This document shows positions 13,871-25,867 of a DNA stretch of 64,000 nt, in pieces. Position 1 is the stretch's first letter; every line of letters begins with the position of its first letter. This DNA comes from Octopus vulgaris (taxonomy: Eukaryota). The DNA lies in assembly GCA_951406725.2 (NCBI GenBank), contig OX597814.1:152458001-152522000 (forward strand). The letters are read 5' to 3'. A program made the translations under genes and the position numbers. Under the pieces are notes generated by a model. That model saw nothing but the letters and a program-made list of their open reading frames with translations, searched no databases and had not been told where the DNA came from.

Positions 13871-14699
13871 TGTTGCAGATCGTTTTTCTTCCATCACAAA
13901 AGAAAATAAAGTTTATCTGTCTCTGAAATCTCTAGTCAATGTCAATTTGCCATCCATTACTGATATCGTATTCTTTTTTTCTAAACTTCGACACGCTTCC
14001 GGTTACCTTTGTATGTTCATCCAGGAAAAGATTAAAGACAAAAATAAAAATAATAAATAAAGTCGATAACTGTTTCCAATTGATACGAATCATTCAGCGA
14101 TCAGCTTCTCTCGAGAGAATTTGTTATTCTGTGTCACACAAACAACTAACACTTAATTCATTTTTGAATCAGAGTTGGGTTTGATAAGCATTTTATTTAT
14201 TAGTCATTTGTCATTTTCTTTCCCCGTTTGTTCTTGTTTTTTTGTTGGTTTTTTGAGGGGGGGGGGGAGATTGCTCTTTTTTTTTCTTTCTTTTCTGTTC
14301 TATTTCATCGGAGATGGATTATAGGATGAAATACAAGGAAACTATTAATGGTCTACGTTGGCAATGATTATACCGCAAAAGATAAGTTAAGTTGCTACGA
14401 GCAATGAAGAATTCTTTGTGGAAGCCTACCAGTAGAATCATTCTTAGAATCGTTCTTGCGTGAAGGCCATAATCCTTTATCCCTGTCTAACGCTCTCGTC
14501 CGGTCCTTGGGTGTTTCAGGCAGCGATCACATCGTTGCAAGCATTCGGGCTAGTTCTCCGGTCATAGAATAAATTGACTTTGGCCCTTCTTCCCACCAGT
14601 CAAAAGCACTCCACACAGGATCATGAATACTGCCATTCTTCCTTTGGTTTACGTCATCTTTTGTTTTTAATCTAACGTTTCGAGTTCTTGTCCTTTGTA

Positions 14700-15745
14700 T
14701 GAGAGAAGGAAACATACAAAAAGTATTTAGCTTATACATCGTTGATCACTGTACGCTCCCATTCTTCTGATTTTGCTTCTCTCTTCCATTTGGGTCCGGG
14801 CTTTTAGGGTGTTTTGGTTTTTGAGGGTTTTTTTTACTATATCATCTTCCCATTGTTTGCATGCCTTATATCTACTCTCTACCAATCTTTCGGATACCAT
14901 GCAACACCTATACGAGTCCACGTGTTGCCTGTGAGCTTTGCGACATATCCAGTCCAGCAGAACTTATGCATTCGATGCCGTGATCACATCGTTCACGTCA
15001 TCCCATTCTTGAATTATCGTGTTTTGGATATGCTTCCACAATGGCATTGCTAGTATACATTTTCCCAAGTCCCGCTGTACCATAACCATAGCTATTTTCT
15101 GTTGTTGCTTCATCTTAATAGCCCATGTCTCACTTGCATATAAGAGCGCAGGTAAGACGGTGATTTGGAGAATGGCACATAGAGTATTGTCTGGCTGAGC
15201 TTTGAGCACATCTTTAATCGAGGCAAATGCTTTCCCTCTTGCTCAAGGTTTCAGAACTGATGTCTTGATATATATTGATTGTCTGTCCCAAATAGACGCT
15301 CTCCATCTTGTCAATTTTATCGTTTCCTGCTACTACTCAGCGTTTTGGGACTGCATGTATTTTGTTTTCACATGTTTATTTTGAAGCCTACAACTGAACT
15401 CAATGTGTACAGTTCTTTTAGTATGGTCTGCAGCAAATCTGAGGTTTTTGCGAGGAGCCCCATGTCCACGAATCGGAGGTATTTTAACAGCCTGACATTG
15501 ATGTTGACGCCACCTTTCCAATCAAGGTCCCTGACAATTTTTGAGACATGCATTGAAAATCTTTAGAGTCACGGTACCTCCTTGTTTGACGCCCTTGCGG
15601 ACTGAAACTCTTATAGGTAGTGATGACTGATATATATCGATGGCACATCCCTAGTTCGCCTCACTGAGAGGGTCAATATATTGACCCCGATTCCTTGCAT
15701 TTCAGCGAGAATTCAGCGTTGCATTCAAACAGATGCCGCTGTAAT
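14700..15745 (-). mobile_element. Degenerate RTE-clade LINE RT and C-terminal region
   Basis: GVKQGG; LDWKGGVNINVRLLKYLRFVD (LRFADD-like); GFKINM-KTKYM; ITVLPALLYASETW; xWAGHVA. Frameshifted. Confidence 0.85.
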
Positions 15746-16339
15746 GCTTTTAAGTAATTTATGGGGACGATGCAAGAAGACAGCTTATGCTCTTTCTCTC
15801 GTTCTAGAAGTTGTGTTGAAGTGAATATGCAGTCTGTTGTGTCGTAGTCTTTCCAAAAAAATGAAACTTCATAATAAACAATAAAATTCTACAAAAACAG
15901 AAGACTATGAAGAGGAACTTAAAAATCGCCTTGAGTATTCCGTTCTCTACAATGCGATAAGACATCTGGAAAGAGACTTCGAGAATTGTTTGAAGAAGCT
16001 GCTGTGACTGCAAAAAAGTGGAAGAAAAATCTTAAGAGACTCAAGAGAGAAAGGACACTATAAAATCGGTGTTGATGGTACTCATAAATAAAGACAGGCT
16101 CAAGGTGGCAGACAAAACGGTAGCAGAGAAGGTCAGTGAAATCTATGACCCCCAATCTTACTTTATTAGAAAAGTAATTGGGAAGATCTTAAAAGCAAGC
16201 AACCCATATACTTACTGTCTCACTTCTGCAAGTTGTTTGTAGAAGTCATAGTCACCAGCCTAACAAAAAATGTCAATGACCAACAGCCGACGGGGAAGCA
16301 GGTTTTGGATCTTGCTGCACTAAAGAAATTAAACGAGTA

Positions 16340-16660
16340 AAGACTCTTTCGGTCATGAATGATCATGGGATTACACCTTGAAAGTTTCCCTCCTAGGTAC
16401 AAGTCCGAGCAAGATTGTTTATGGAAGACCAGAAGTCGCCCATGCATGCCAGCCTCCCCTCTCCACACCACCGATGTTATCCAAGGGAAAGGCAAAGTCT
16501 GATACAGCTTGGCGCAACCCATTTCTACAGCTGAGTGAAATGGAGCAACATGAAAGAAAGTGTCTTGCTAAAAAACACAACACACAGCCCTGTCGAGGAA
16601 TCGAACTCACTACCTCATGATTGTAAGCCTGACGTTCTAACCACTGAGTCATGTGCCTTC
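16340..16660 (-). mobile_element. SINE family C variant
   Basis: Head GAAGGCACATGACTCAGTGGTTAG...GAGTTCGATTCC; same family as 59885-60222. Confidence 0.82.
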
Positions 16661-16667
16661 ATATGAG

Positions 16668-16787
16668 ATGCTTACAGCACCCAGGTTTCCCTAGCGGTCA
16701 CCGATCTAAGTACTAACTAGGCTCAACGTTGCTTAGCTTCGGTGATCGGACGAGAATCGGTGCATTCAACATCATATGGCCGTAAGC
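16668..16787 (-). pseudogene. Dispersed full-length 5S rRNA copy, probably a pseudogene
   Basis: Minus strand GCTTACGGCCATA...TCTCGTCCGATCACCGAAGCTAAGCAACG...TTAGTACTTAGATCGGTGACCGCTAGGGAAACCTGGGTGCTGTAAGC; 120 nt with paired 5'/3' ends. No oligo-T terminator and not in an array. Confidence 0.88.
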
Positions 16788-16879
16788 ATACTAAAGAAAC
16801 TATATCTGTGTATACTAACACAGACAACACATGCACACACATACGCGTGGATATGCAATCATGCATGTATGCACACATA

Positions 16880-16932
<53 letters not shown>

Positions 16933-17749
16933 AGGCGTACATATACACACTTACATTCACACACACAGAGACTCACACTCACAGACACACACATACACAC
17001 AGACATAATTCATAAAATAATCCCATTTATACCATGAAAAAGTAACTACCGAAGAAAAGATATTGATATTTCTTTTGCAAATTGTTCAATTATTTAATAA
17101 CCATTTGTTATGTTCCAGTTGACGATTCTGTTTATGAAAAGTAATTTTACTTTTAATGTGATTTTGTAAAATTTGAATTACACAAATCAATTTTCTTTTG
17201 CTGGGCCTATTTCCGTTTTCAATTTCCTTACATTGAAGATTTTATCAGTTAATTTATTCCTAATAATTATGTTTCTCTTTCAGGTCGTCGGAACTTCTGT
17301 TGTGGTGACAAGCATTTTCCTTGCCAACAATTCCAATCAGCCAAATCAGAAGTTATGGCGGTACTTAATTAAGATACAAGAATTCATTTAATATACTATA
17401 GAATGCAAAGCCTAGTTATTATTTTGTTGTTGTTGTTGTTATTGCTGAACCAAATCAACTGCAATCCAGCTCGTCTATGATCAAAAGGCATTCCAACCAT
17501 GACAACCCTGCCCATTTTGTCTTTCAAACAGGGTTTCTATCGTCATATTATCTAATGTAAACGTTAGGGTGTTACTTGAGGTAGAGTTGGCTGCTAAATT
17601 TAACAGTACGAACGACCAATTTTACGTGCTGTCCCCTTACAGTTTTCTTTTCCGATAATCCTATAACATGGAAAAAATTACATATATTCGTGTACCGTAT
17701 TTTCTGGACTATGAGCTGAACTGCCCATGAACCCGCAATCCCGAAAACC

Positions 17750-18300
17750 ATAACTTAATCCAAGCAATAGCCTATTGAGGCTATGTTCGGCTCTGTTTTA
17801 GAAAGGGCAACCTTCATATCTGGTGTGATATCCAGTCAATATCCTAACTTCGTTTTAATGGCAAGGAGAGTGGAAAACGCGGTCTCACACTCATAGGTGG
17901 TTGGAAATTGCATCAGTACTTCAAGAGTCATCTTTGTGACATCAGGATATCACCGTGCCATTTCAATCCAAAAGTTAGAACAGCACATTTCACTGAAAAA
18001 AAAACTTTTTGCACCTCCATCACCGACGAAATCAAAGAACTACTCTTGAATTAAATTGTCTTCTGCAGGCTGATCGCCAGCACAGAGTACAAAGGGGTTC
18101 CTGACAAAGAGGCAGTTTTTTGTCAAAGTCTCCATTTATTGAACTTGGATACTTCGTTTCGAAATGCCTCCTAAACTTGCTGGGCTTTTGTGAAGTAATC
18201 GCCAAAACCTCGGAGCACAAAAAGAAATTATGGTTTCTCTTCTCCACCAGGCTTTATCAAAGTAAAACTGAATTTCAAATAAGATTCGTCATATCTCATT
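17750..18300 (-). mobile_element. Internally deleted hAT (Buster/Charlie-type) transposase remnant
   Basis: N-terminal CSEVLAITSQKPSKFRRHFETKYP close to a C-terminal dimerisation segment FWIEM...YPDV...FPTTYECETAFSTLLAIKTK...LDITPDMKVALSKTEPNI. Confidence 0.8.
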
Positions 18301-19684
18301 TTTTTCTTTGGGAGTATTATAAAAAAGATAAAATTCAGTAAACCAATTTAATATAACTACAGAGTGTATTTATTTCGCATTCATCAGGTATGCATATATG
18401 CCTTATTGTAGCCAGCTTTTGGGTGTACCAATTAGCAAAAAAGCTTACCTCTCGCTTATGGAAGAAAACTAAATGTAAGTGAGATAAACCTCCGTAAATT
18501 GATAACCATTGAGAAGAGAGTTCTGTCAGAACACATTGCCATGGAAAACAGCCTTGCAGGATGAGAATGGATGTCTTGCAAAAGGGTTTGTCATGTGGGA
18601 ACATGCACCGGTGAGGATAACAACGGCGTAAGAAATGCTAACATGTGGATCGCAATAGTGGAGTGGTGAATCATGTGAGCGTAGAATACCGACGGCACAT
18701 GCACGATCAACCGTTGTATCCGCATATTTTCCATCGGCCAATCACACTTATTGTACTGCAAGTATGATTAGCGTGCAACCGTTTCTGCCAGCTCTCTGCC
18801 TTTCATGCACATATAATGTGTTGGCACCTTACCAACACATCTTGTTACAAATCCATTACCTAAATAAATCATCTAAAAGTACGAGAGGTATTTTATCGGT
18901 CAAATTTTCGACAGTTATTTCCGTGATTTCTTTTTTCTTTTGTGTGTGTGTGTGTGTGTGTGTGCTTTTTTTAAAGTAACGATTCTCTAAATACATCAAT
19001 TTCAGGTCTTCCTATTAATGACAGCTCAGTTCAAATGTATAGATTTCCTTTAAAGAATGAGAAGAGGAAAATTTGAACCAATAAAAACTCTGAACAAAGA
19101 AGCAAAAAAATTTGTTTTCAAGTTTTTTTTTATAGTTAATGAAATATCATTTAATCATTAGATATTATGATGGATAATTCGGTCTCTTAAATAGCAACCA
19201 TTAATTATTGCAAAGGGTTAATTAATAAATTTAATAATGTTATTTTCATCTATCATAAGATCATTGTTCGATAAATTAATTCTGCTATCATTAAATGTGT
19301 AGTATAATTTTATATGAGCATTGTTTGTTTCTTTGTTGTTGTTGTTGTTGTTATCGTTATTATTATCATTGTTGTTGTTGTTGCTGCTGCTGTTGCTGCT
19401 GCTGCTGCTTTTGTTGTTGATGATGTTTGTTGCTGCTGCTGTTTCTGTTGCTTCTACTGCTGTTCTAAAACTGTTTCATCTTTGGAGATGTCAGATCAAA
19501 TCTGTGATTCGCAGGTTCATCGCTTTAAGCTGCGCTTTAATTAAATTTCCTGCGATATAAGAAGGCTTCTGTTTCAACCCTAGACTGATCGCTTCGTTTC
19601 ATACAATCCGTTTAAAACAATCGCTATTTTCCTCAGAGGACTATTTTCCCCCTTTTCATTTCTTTCAAATATTGTTTTCAATTA

Positions 19685-20018
19685 CTGTAAACCCTCGAGT
19701 ATAATACGCATCTTTTTTCCCAAACTTTTACGGTCAAAATCCCTAGTGCGTATTATATACGAGGTTAAAAATGAGAAATATTTTCTAAGCAATGTTCGAG
19801 TCTCTATTTGCTGTCCGGCAATGTTTATTCAGACGCGTTTTGTGATGTCGGGCGCGAAAATACCTTAAGCTAAACCTGAAAGCAATGAAGTCAAAAGAAT
19901 CATCCATAACTTGCAGTAAGCAACATTTATTAAACGTTATTACTGTTATTTCTTTATTTTCTACAAACAAAATGCACAAAAATGCTAAATTTGCATTATG
20001 TTATATATACAATAATAA
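19685..20018. mobile_element. Truncated, inverted copy of the 39385-39843 MITE
   Basis: Starts TA|CTGTAAACCCTCGAGTATAATACGC. Internal sequence is the reverse complement of ~39535-39843. Confidence 0.85.
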
Positions 20019-20039
20019 TGTGGTTGAGCTTTTTCCCTT

Positions 20040-20735
20040 TTACCAAGTTACTGTTTACGACGTTTAACATTTCGATAGAAGATCCATTTTTCGTCACCAG
20101 TCACAAGTCTATCCAAAAAGGGTGAAATGAGTTCGCGAAAATGGAGAGAAGAGCAGATGTCAACTCGGAATTTGCGGTTGCTTTCAGACAATTCATGAGA
20201 CACCCATTTTCCAAGTTTAGGAAGCTTTCCAAGTTGTTGAAGATAACGATGAACAGTTGTATGATTTGAACTAAGCTTTATTGCCAATTCCTCAACTGAT
20301 AATGCAGGATTTTCTTCAAGTATGGCCTCAAGGGGCTTATTATCAAACTCAATTGGACATCCTGTTCAGTCTTCATCTTCAAGGCTGAAATCTCCACTTC
20401 TGAATTTTGCAAACCATTTTCTGCAGGTTCTTTCATTCAAGCATTCTTTCCCATAAACTAAGTGCCTGTTTCGAGTCGTTTCGGCTGCAGAGTTTCCTTT
20501 TTTGTACTCATAAAGCATTATGTGCCTCAAATGCTCTTTGGATACTTCTATATTAGAAAGGGTTTTAATCAAAGAAATTTTAATTCTGTTATTCTGTAAA
20601 ATAATATTTAATTAGTTTAAATGTACACAAATGCATAAAAATAATTTTTAATTCTATTAGACATTCTAAAATACTATTAAATTTCATTCAGTTCTTAAAA
20701 AGGTAAAATCGGACAGAACTTATGGGATGACCTGA
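20040..20735 (-). mobile_element. 3'-truncated mariner transposase pseudogene
   Basis: KEHLRHIMLYEYKKGNSAAET...WFAKFRSGDFSLEDE, WVSHELSE and LVTGDEKWIFY motifs. One TIR-like end (TCAGGTCATCCCATAAGTTCTGTCCG on minus) with TA at 20736-20737. Confidence 0.9.
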
Positions 20736-20889
20736 TACTTTGCCGGGCTTCTGCCAAAATTTAAAACCAATATGGTGACAGGGCGAGAGAGAGAGAAAGA
20801 AATAATTAGCGATAGAGAAAAATGCGGAGCAAAAGCATGGTAAAATCTCCAAGTCGCAGAGCTTTCAATGAGAATCGAGAAGTTATAAT

Positions 20890-21095
20890 CTTTTCTGCTA
20901 TTGGCGCAAGGCCTGAAATTTTGGGTGAAGGGGTAAGTCGATCGTATCGACCCCAGTACTCAACTGGTACTTAATTTTTCGACCTCGAAAGGCAAAGTCG
21001 ACCTCGGTGGGATTTGAACTCAGAACGCAGCGGCAGACGAAACACCGCTAAGCATTTCGCCTGGCGTGCTAACGATTCTGCCAGCTCGCCACCTT
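20890..21095 (-). mobile_element. SINE family A
   Basis: Reverse-complement head and core. Confidence 0.82.
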
Positions 21096-21712
21096 TCGAG
21101 AAATTATAATAGTAACACACAAAGATTCAACACTGTGGTGAGAGATGAAAAGAGACGGAGGAGACACAAGAAAAAAGAGACGGGGGAGAAAATGAACGTA
21201 TACACACAATCTTTCTCAAATATGTGAGAGTACGATATAAACTGGCAAATATTGAAGTATAAACTCAAAATGAAATGTGAGCCAATCCAGACATACGAAC
21301 TAATACTTATACATAAGCTAACTGCAGAATATAGCTAAAATATGACCCCAATTCTGAATTGTGAACCAATAATGAAATATGAGCCAATAATAAACTATGA
21401 ACCAGTTCTGAAATACGGCGAAATACTGAATTCTGTTATAATGTTAAAATACAATCCATAACGCTGAAATAGGTTGCAATGAAGAATGATGATTCAATCG
21501 TAAAGTATGAGCCAATGGTGAAATATGACCTAATGCTGAAATAATTTTAATTTCATTGAGCTTCGTTTGCCGTATTAACTGTATTGTACAATACAGTTTA
21601 TACTTCTAATATACATTGCTTCCTTTACCATTTGTGTGTGTGTGAAAAAGAAAGAAAGAGTCAGTGAGTCTGTGTGTGGAGTGGCAATGAGTTCAATATC
21701 ATCATTAGAGTT

Positions 21713-22328
21713 AGGGTGGCGAAATGGCAGAATTGTTAGCACGCCGGGCGAAATGATTAGCGGTATTTTGTCTGCCGCTACGTTCTGAGTTCAAATTCCG
21801 CCGTGGTTGACTTTACCATTCATCCTTTCGGGGTCGATTAAATAAGTACCAGTTACGCACTGGGGTCGATATAATCGACTTAATCCGTTTGTCTGTCCTT
21901 GTTTGTCCCCCTCTGTCTTTAGCCCCTTGTGGGTAGTAAAGAAATAGGTATTTCGTCTGCCGCTATGTTCTTAGTTCAAATTCCGACGAGGTCGACTTTG
22001 CCTTTCATCCTTTCGGGGTTGATTAAATAAGTACCATTTACGCACTGGGATCGATATAATCGACTTAATCCGTTTGTCTGTCCTTGTTTGTTCCCTTCTG
22101 TGTGTAGCCCCTTGTGGACAGTAAAGAAATAGGAATTGTTAGCACGCCGGGGAAAATGCTTAGTGGCATTTCGTCTGTCTTTACGTTCTAAATTCAAATG
22201 CCACCGAGGTTGAGTTTGCCTTTTATCCTTTCGGGGTCGATAAAATAAGTACCAGTTGAATACTGAGGTAGATGTAACCGACTTACCCCTCCATCAAAAT
22301 TGCTGGCCTTGTGTCAAAATATGAAACT
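21713..22328 (+). mobile_element. SINE family A trimer
   Basis: Three bodies, junctions at ~21946 (GAAATA|GGTATTTC) and ~22132; flanked by AATATYATCATTAGA. Confidence 0.88.
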
Positions 22329-22472
22329 AATATTATCATTAGAATCAGAAATATTTCGCCATAATCCGTGCAAACCAAGCTCTAAAATGCCAGTTCTCAC
22401 TTGATTTATCTTAGTTGTTTCCATTTTCGTTCAATATTTATTATTGTTGTTGCTGTTATTGTTGTTGTTGTT

Positions 22473-22503
<31 letters not shown>

Positions 22504-23569
22504 TTGCTGTTATTGTTGTTGTTATTGATTACCAAACGAAAAGCCGCACTGATTTCAGCTTTGTAAGTTTTTGTCAAAAATTTCCGTTTTTCCGCCAAGT
22601 TGAATGTTTGTTTACTAATTTATTTTCGATGTTTTCGAAGAACTCAACAACTGTATCAACACGTGATTGATTTTTTTTAAAGCTATCTTCTCGAAGAGAC
22701 GAAATTTTCGACTTTTTTTATATTTCAAACCATGTTGGCCCCCTTCTTACCTTCAAAAATCGATTTGAATTCAAACGAATCCATAATGATCTTAAAGAGG
22801 GAAAAGCACAAAAGCATGAAAGTGAAAAAGTAACTGAGAAAATTTGAGAGAAAGCAAAGAAGCTAAACTGAGGGTGTCATTAATTTCGCTATCCTTGAGA
22901 GGGGTAGTAATGGGATTTCGATGACTTCAGGAATATACATAGCGCAGTATGGGAACAGTAGCAACAACAACAGAAATACAGCAAAACAACAACAACGAGA
23001 AGAACAATAGCGAAAATGAGAACATTACAACCGCAATAAAATATAACGATAATGTTCTGAAATTATGAGTCCTGAGGGAAACAATCTGCAACAACGCAAA
23101 TTCCTTAATTTCCACTGCCACAACCATAGTCACTGTAACCAATCAGAATCACTGGCAACAAAATCAAACAATTGCACCAAAAGTTCTACAAAGGCAGCTC
23201 TTGCAGGAGCAGAAAAAATAATCGAACACGTGCCTATAAGCTTAAGAGAAGTACAAATACACGGTCAGGTAAACGTGAGAGCCGCATTGGTGCCGACATT
23301 AAAGTTGGCGTCTGCCTTATAATTATCAGAGCGAAATGGTAATTTTCCTAAAGAACTTTCCAAAAGATATGGTAATAAATCTGTTGTTGTTAACTCAAAC
23401 AAACCAATCGTGTTATAGTGCAACGCAGAGGTGATACGGATAACGGCACTGCAATAAAAAAAAAGAAAAATCCTTAACAATGACATTGACAAAACTGCCA
23501 ACAATGACAACAAAACCATCATCTGCTGAAAACAAAGAAAAACAACAATGTCATCAACAAGAAGAAAAA

Positions 23570-23932
23570 GGCGCAGGAGTGGCTGTGTGGTAAGTAGCTT
23601 GCTAGCCAACCACATGGTTCCGGGTTCAGTCCCACTGCGTGGCATCTTGGGCACGTGTCTTCTGCTATAGCCCCGGACTGACCAATGCCTTGTGAGTGGA
23701 TTTGGTAGACGGAAACTGAAAGAAGCCTGTCGTATATATGTATATATATAAGTGTGTGTGTATATGTTTGTGTGTCTGTGTTTGTCCCCCTAGCATTGCT
23801 TGACAACCGATGCTGGTGTGTTTACGTCCCCGTTACTTAGCGGTTCGGCAAAAGAGGCCGATAGAATAAGTACTGGGCTTACAAAGAATAAGTCCCGGGG
23901 TCGATTTGCTCGTCTAAAGGCGGTGCTCCAGC
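23570..23932 (+). mobile_element. SINE family B
   Basis: Closely similar to the 3886 copy. Confidence 0.88.
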
Positions 23933-24204
23933 AGACGAGAAAATGAGAACACAAAAATCAACATCAACAACAACAGAAACAACGAAGGGTATAAAGAATT
24001 TTAAAAGCATTAACACCAAGATATATAGATCCCATGGAGGAATCTCATCTTCCGACTGAAGATCGTAAGTGAACCTTTATATAAAAAGACTTTAGGCGAA
24101 TGAACCTTTATATAAAAAGACTTCGGTTATCGTACTTCTAGAGGACGAGCAAAATCTTCCGGCGAGAAGCATGATCATTTACAGATCATTAATCTTTTAT
24201 CTCT

Positions 24205-24619
24205 TATCGTTTACTCGCTTCAGTTATTAGGCTGCGGCCATGCCGGGGCACCACCTTGAAGTATTTTAGTCGAACGAATCGACCCACTGCTTAACTTTTA
24301 TAAGCCTGGTACATATTCTATCGTTCTCTTTTTTACCGAACGGCTAATTTACGGGACGTAAACATGCCAACACCAGTTGTCAAGCATTGTGGGGGACAAA
24401 CACAGACACACACACACAATCACACACACACACACACACACGCATATCTAGTCTATTTTCATTCCTCCACTTCACTCTCTAGAATAACTATTGCTTAACC
24501 ATTTTCTCACACCGTCTCCGATGAAGGGATATATAAAATTTCCCGGAAACAGCTGTAAGGCCTTCTTTATAAATGTTCCGAAATCTTTCACAGCCTTGGA
24601 TTTTTATCACATTCTGTTA

Positions 24620-24667
<48 letters not shown>

Positions 24668-25070
24668 GCATGCTGATATATGACTTACGTTGGACTCCTC
24701 GTTCGCATAATCACCGAACCTGGAGCTTAACTATAGTCTATCCATAGCACTTACTCAGCATTACCTGATACCATTGGGTCTTCTTGACACCATTACCTCT
24801 CATAACCTATATATAGAGAGAGAGGGGGAGGTGATACTCCAGCATGGCCGTAGTCAAATTACTGAAACAAGTAAAAGAATAAAAGAATATATATTGATGG
24901 CAGGCTTCTTTTAGTTTCCATCTAACAAGTCTCCCAAGTCTACTTACAAGACTTTGATTAGCCCAAAGTTATAGTAGAAGACATTTTCCCAAGGTGCCAC
25001 GCTGAAGGACCGAATTCGAAACCATGTGGTTGAGAAGCAAACTTCTTACCATACGGCCATGCCTGTGCTT
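24205..25070. mobile_element. Cluster of SINE family B fragments, mostly minus strand, with intervening repeats
   Basis: 3' half at 24205-24410 (-), tail at 24830-24885 (+), head at 24900-25070 (-). Confidence 0.7.
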
Positions 25071-25598
25071 CTAAATGTATAAATTCTTCTTTTTTTAAGC
25101 TAGAAGAATGCAAATCCTTCCTCCTGCACTGGCAGAAAGAGCCTGAAAAATTGTAGAATGCAATTTAGAACGTCAGAAAAAAGAAAACAGTATGGTTCAG
25201 AGAACCCTTGTACCGAGATGCAGATGAACCGAAAAATCACTGCATCTCGGAAGAATTTAATCCAGATCCTACCTACATTTACCGTCGTTACCAAAGTGAT
25301 GATTCATACCGTGCCGCCAAACTTGAGTCAGTGAATTTCAGTGACGCTAGTTGAGCTACAAGGAGAAGTAATAGATTGTCGGTCTTTCTCTTATGAGAAG
25401 TACTTGGAGAGCAGATCTGAGAGTCAAATGTTAATCATACTCGAATGCTTTCTTTTTCTAATCGCCAGACCAGTTCCATACCGAAAACATACAAAACACG
25501 GTATCAATAGAAGTCAAAAAGTCAAATGGCTTCAAATGTGATGATACTAGGATTCTTGAGCATTTCAATTCCCTTCTTTCTACATAGGAATGACATTG

Positions 25599-25867
25599 TT
25601 CTGTTGTGTCTGGGGAGAGTCATGTCTTTTGTGTGCCTTATAATGTAACACACTCACCGGTAAAATTTCCACTTATTTCTTATTTTTATTTTCCTAAAAT
25701 TTCCGTTGCTTCTTGCAACCTTTTCAATAGTCTTGAGTCTTGAAAAGGTTGCAAGACGCAACGAAAATTTTAGAAAATAAAAATAAGAAATAAGTGGAAA
25801 TTTTACCGGTGAGTGTGTTACATTATAAGGCACAAAAAGAAAATTACTCTCCCCAGACACAACAGAA
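25599..25867. repeat. Near-perfect ~270-bp palindrome
   Basis: TTCTGTTGTGTCTGGGGAGAGT...TTGCAACCTTTTCAA / TTGAAAAGGTTGCAAG...ACTCTCCCCAGACACAACAGAA. Confidence 0.93.

Noticed and set aside
25100-25540. Coding-like unique sequence after an AG acceptor
   Set aside because: Stops in all plus frames and no recognisable motif.
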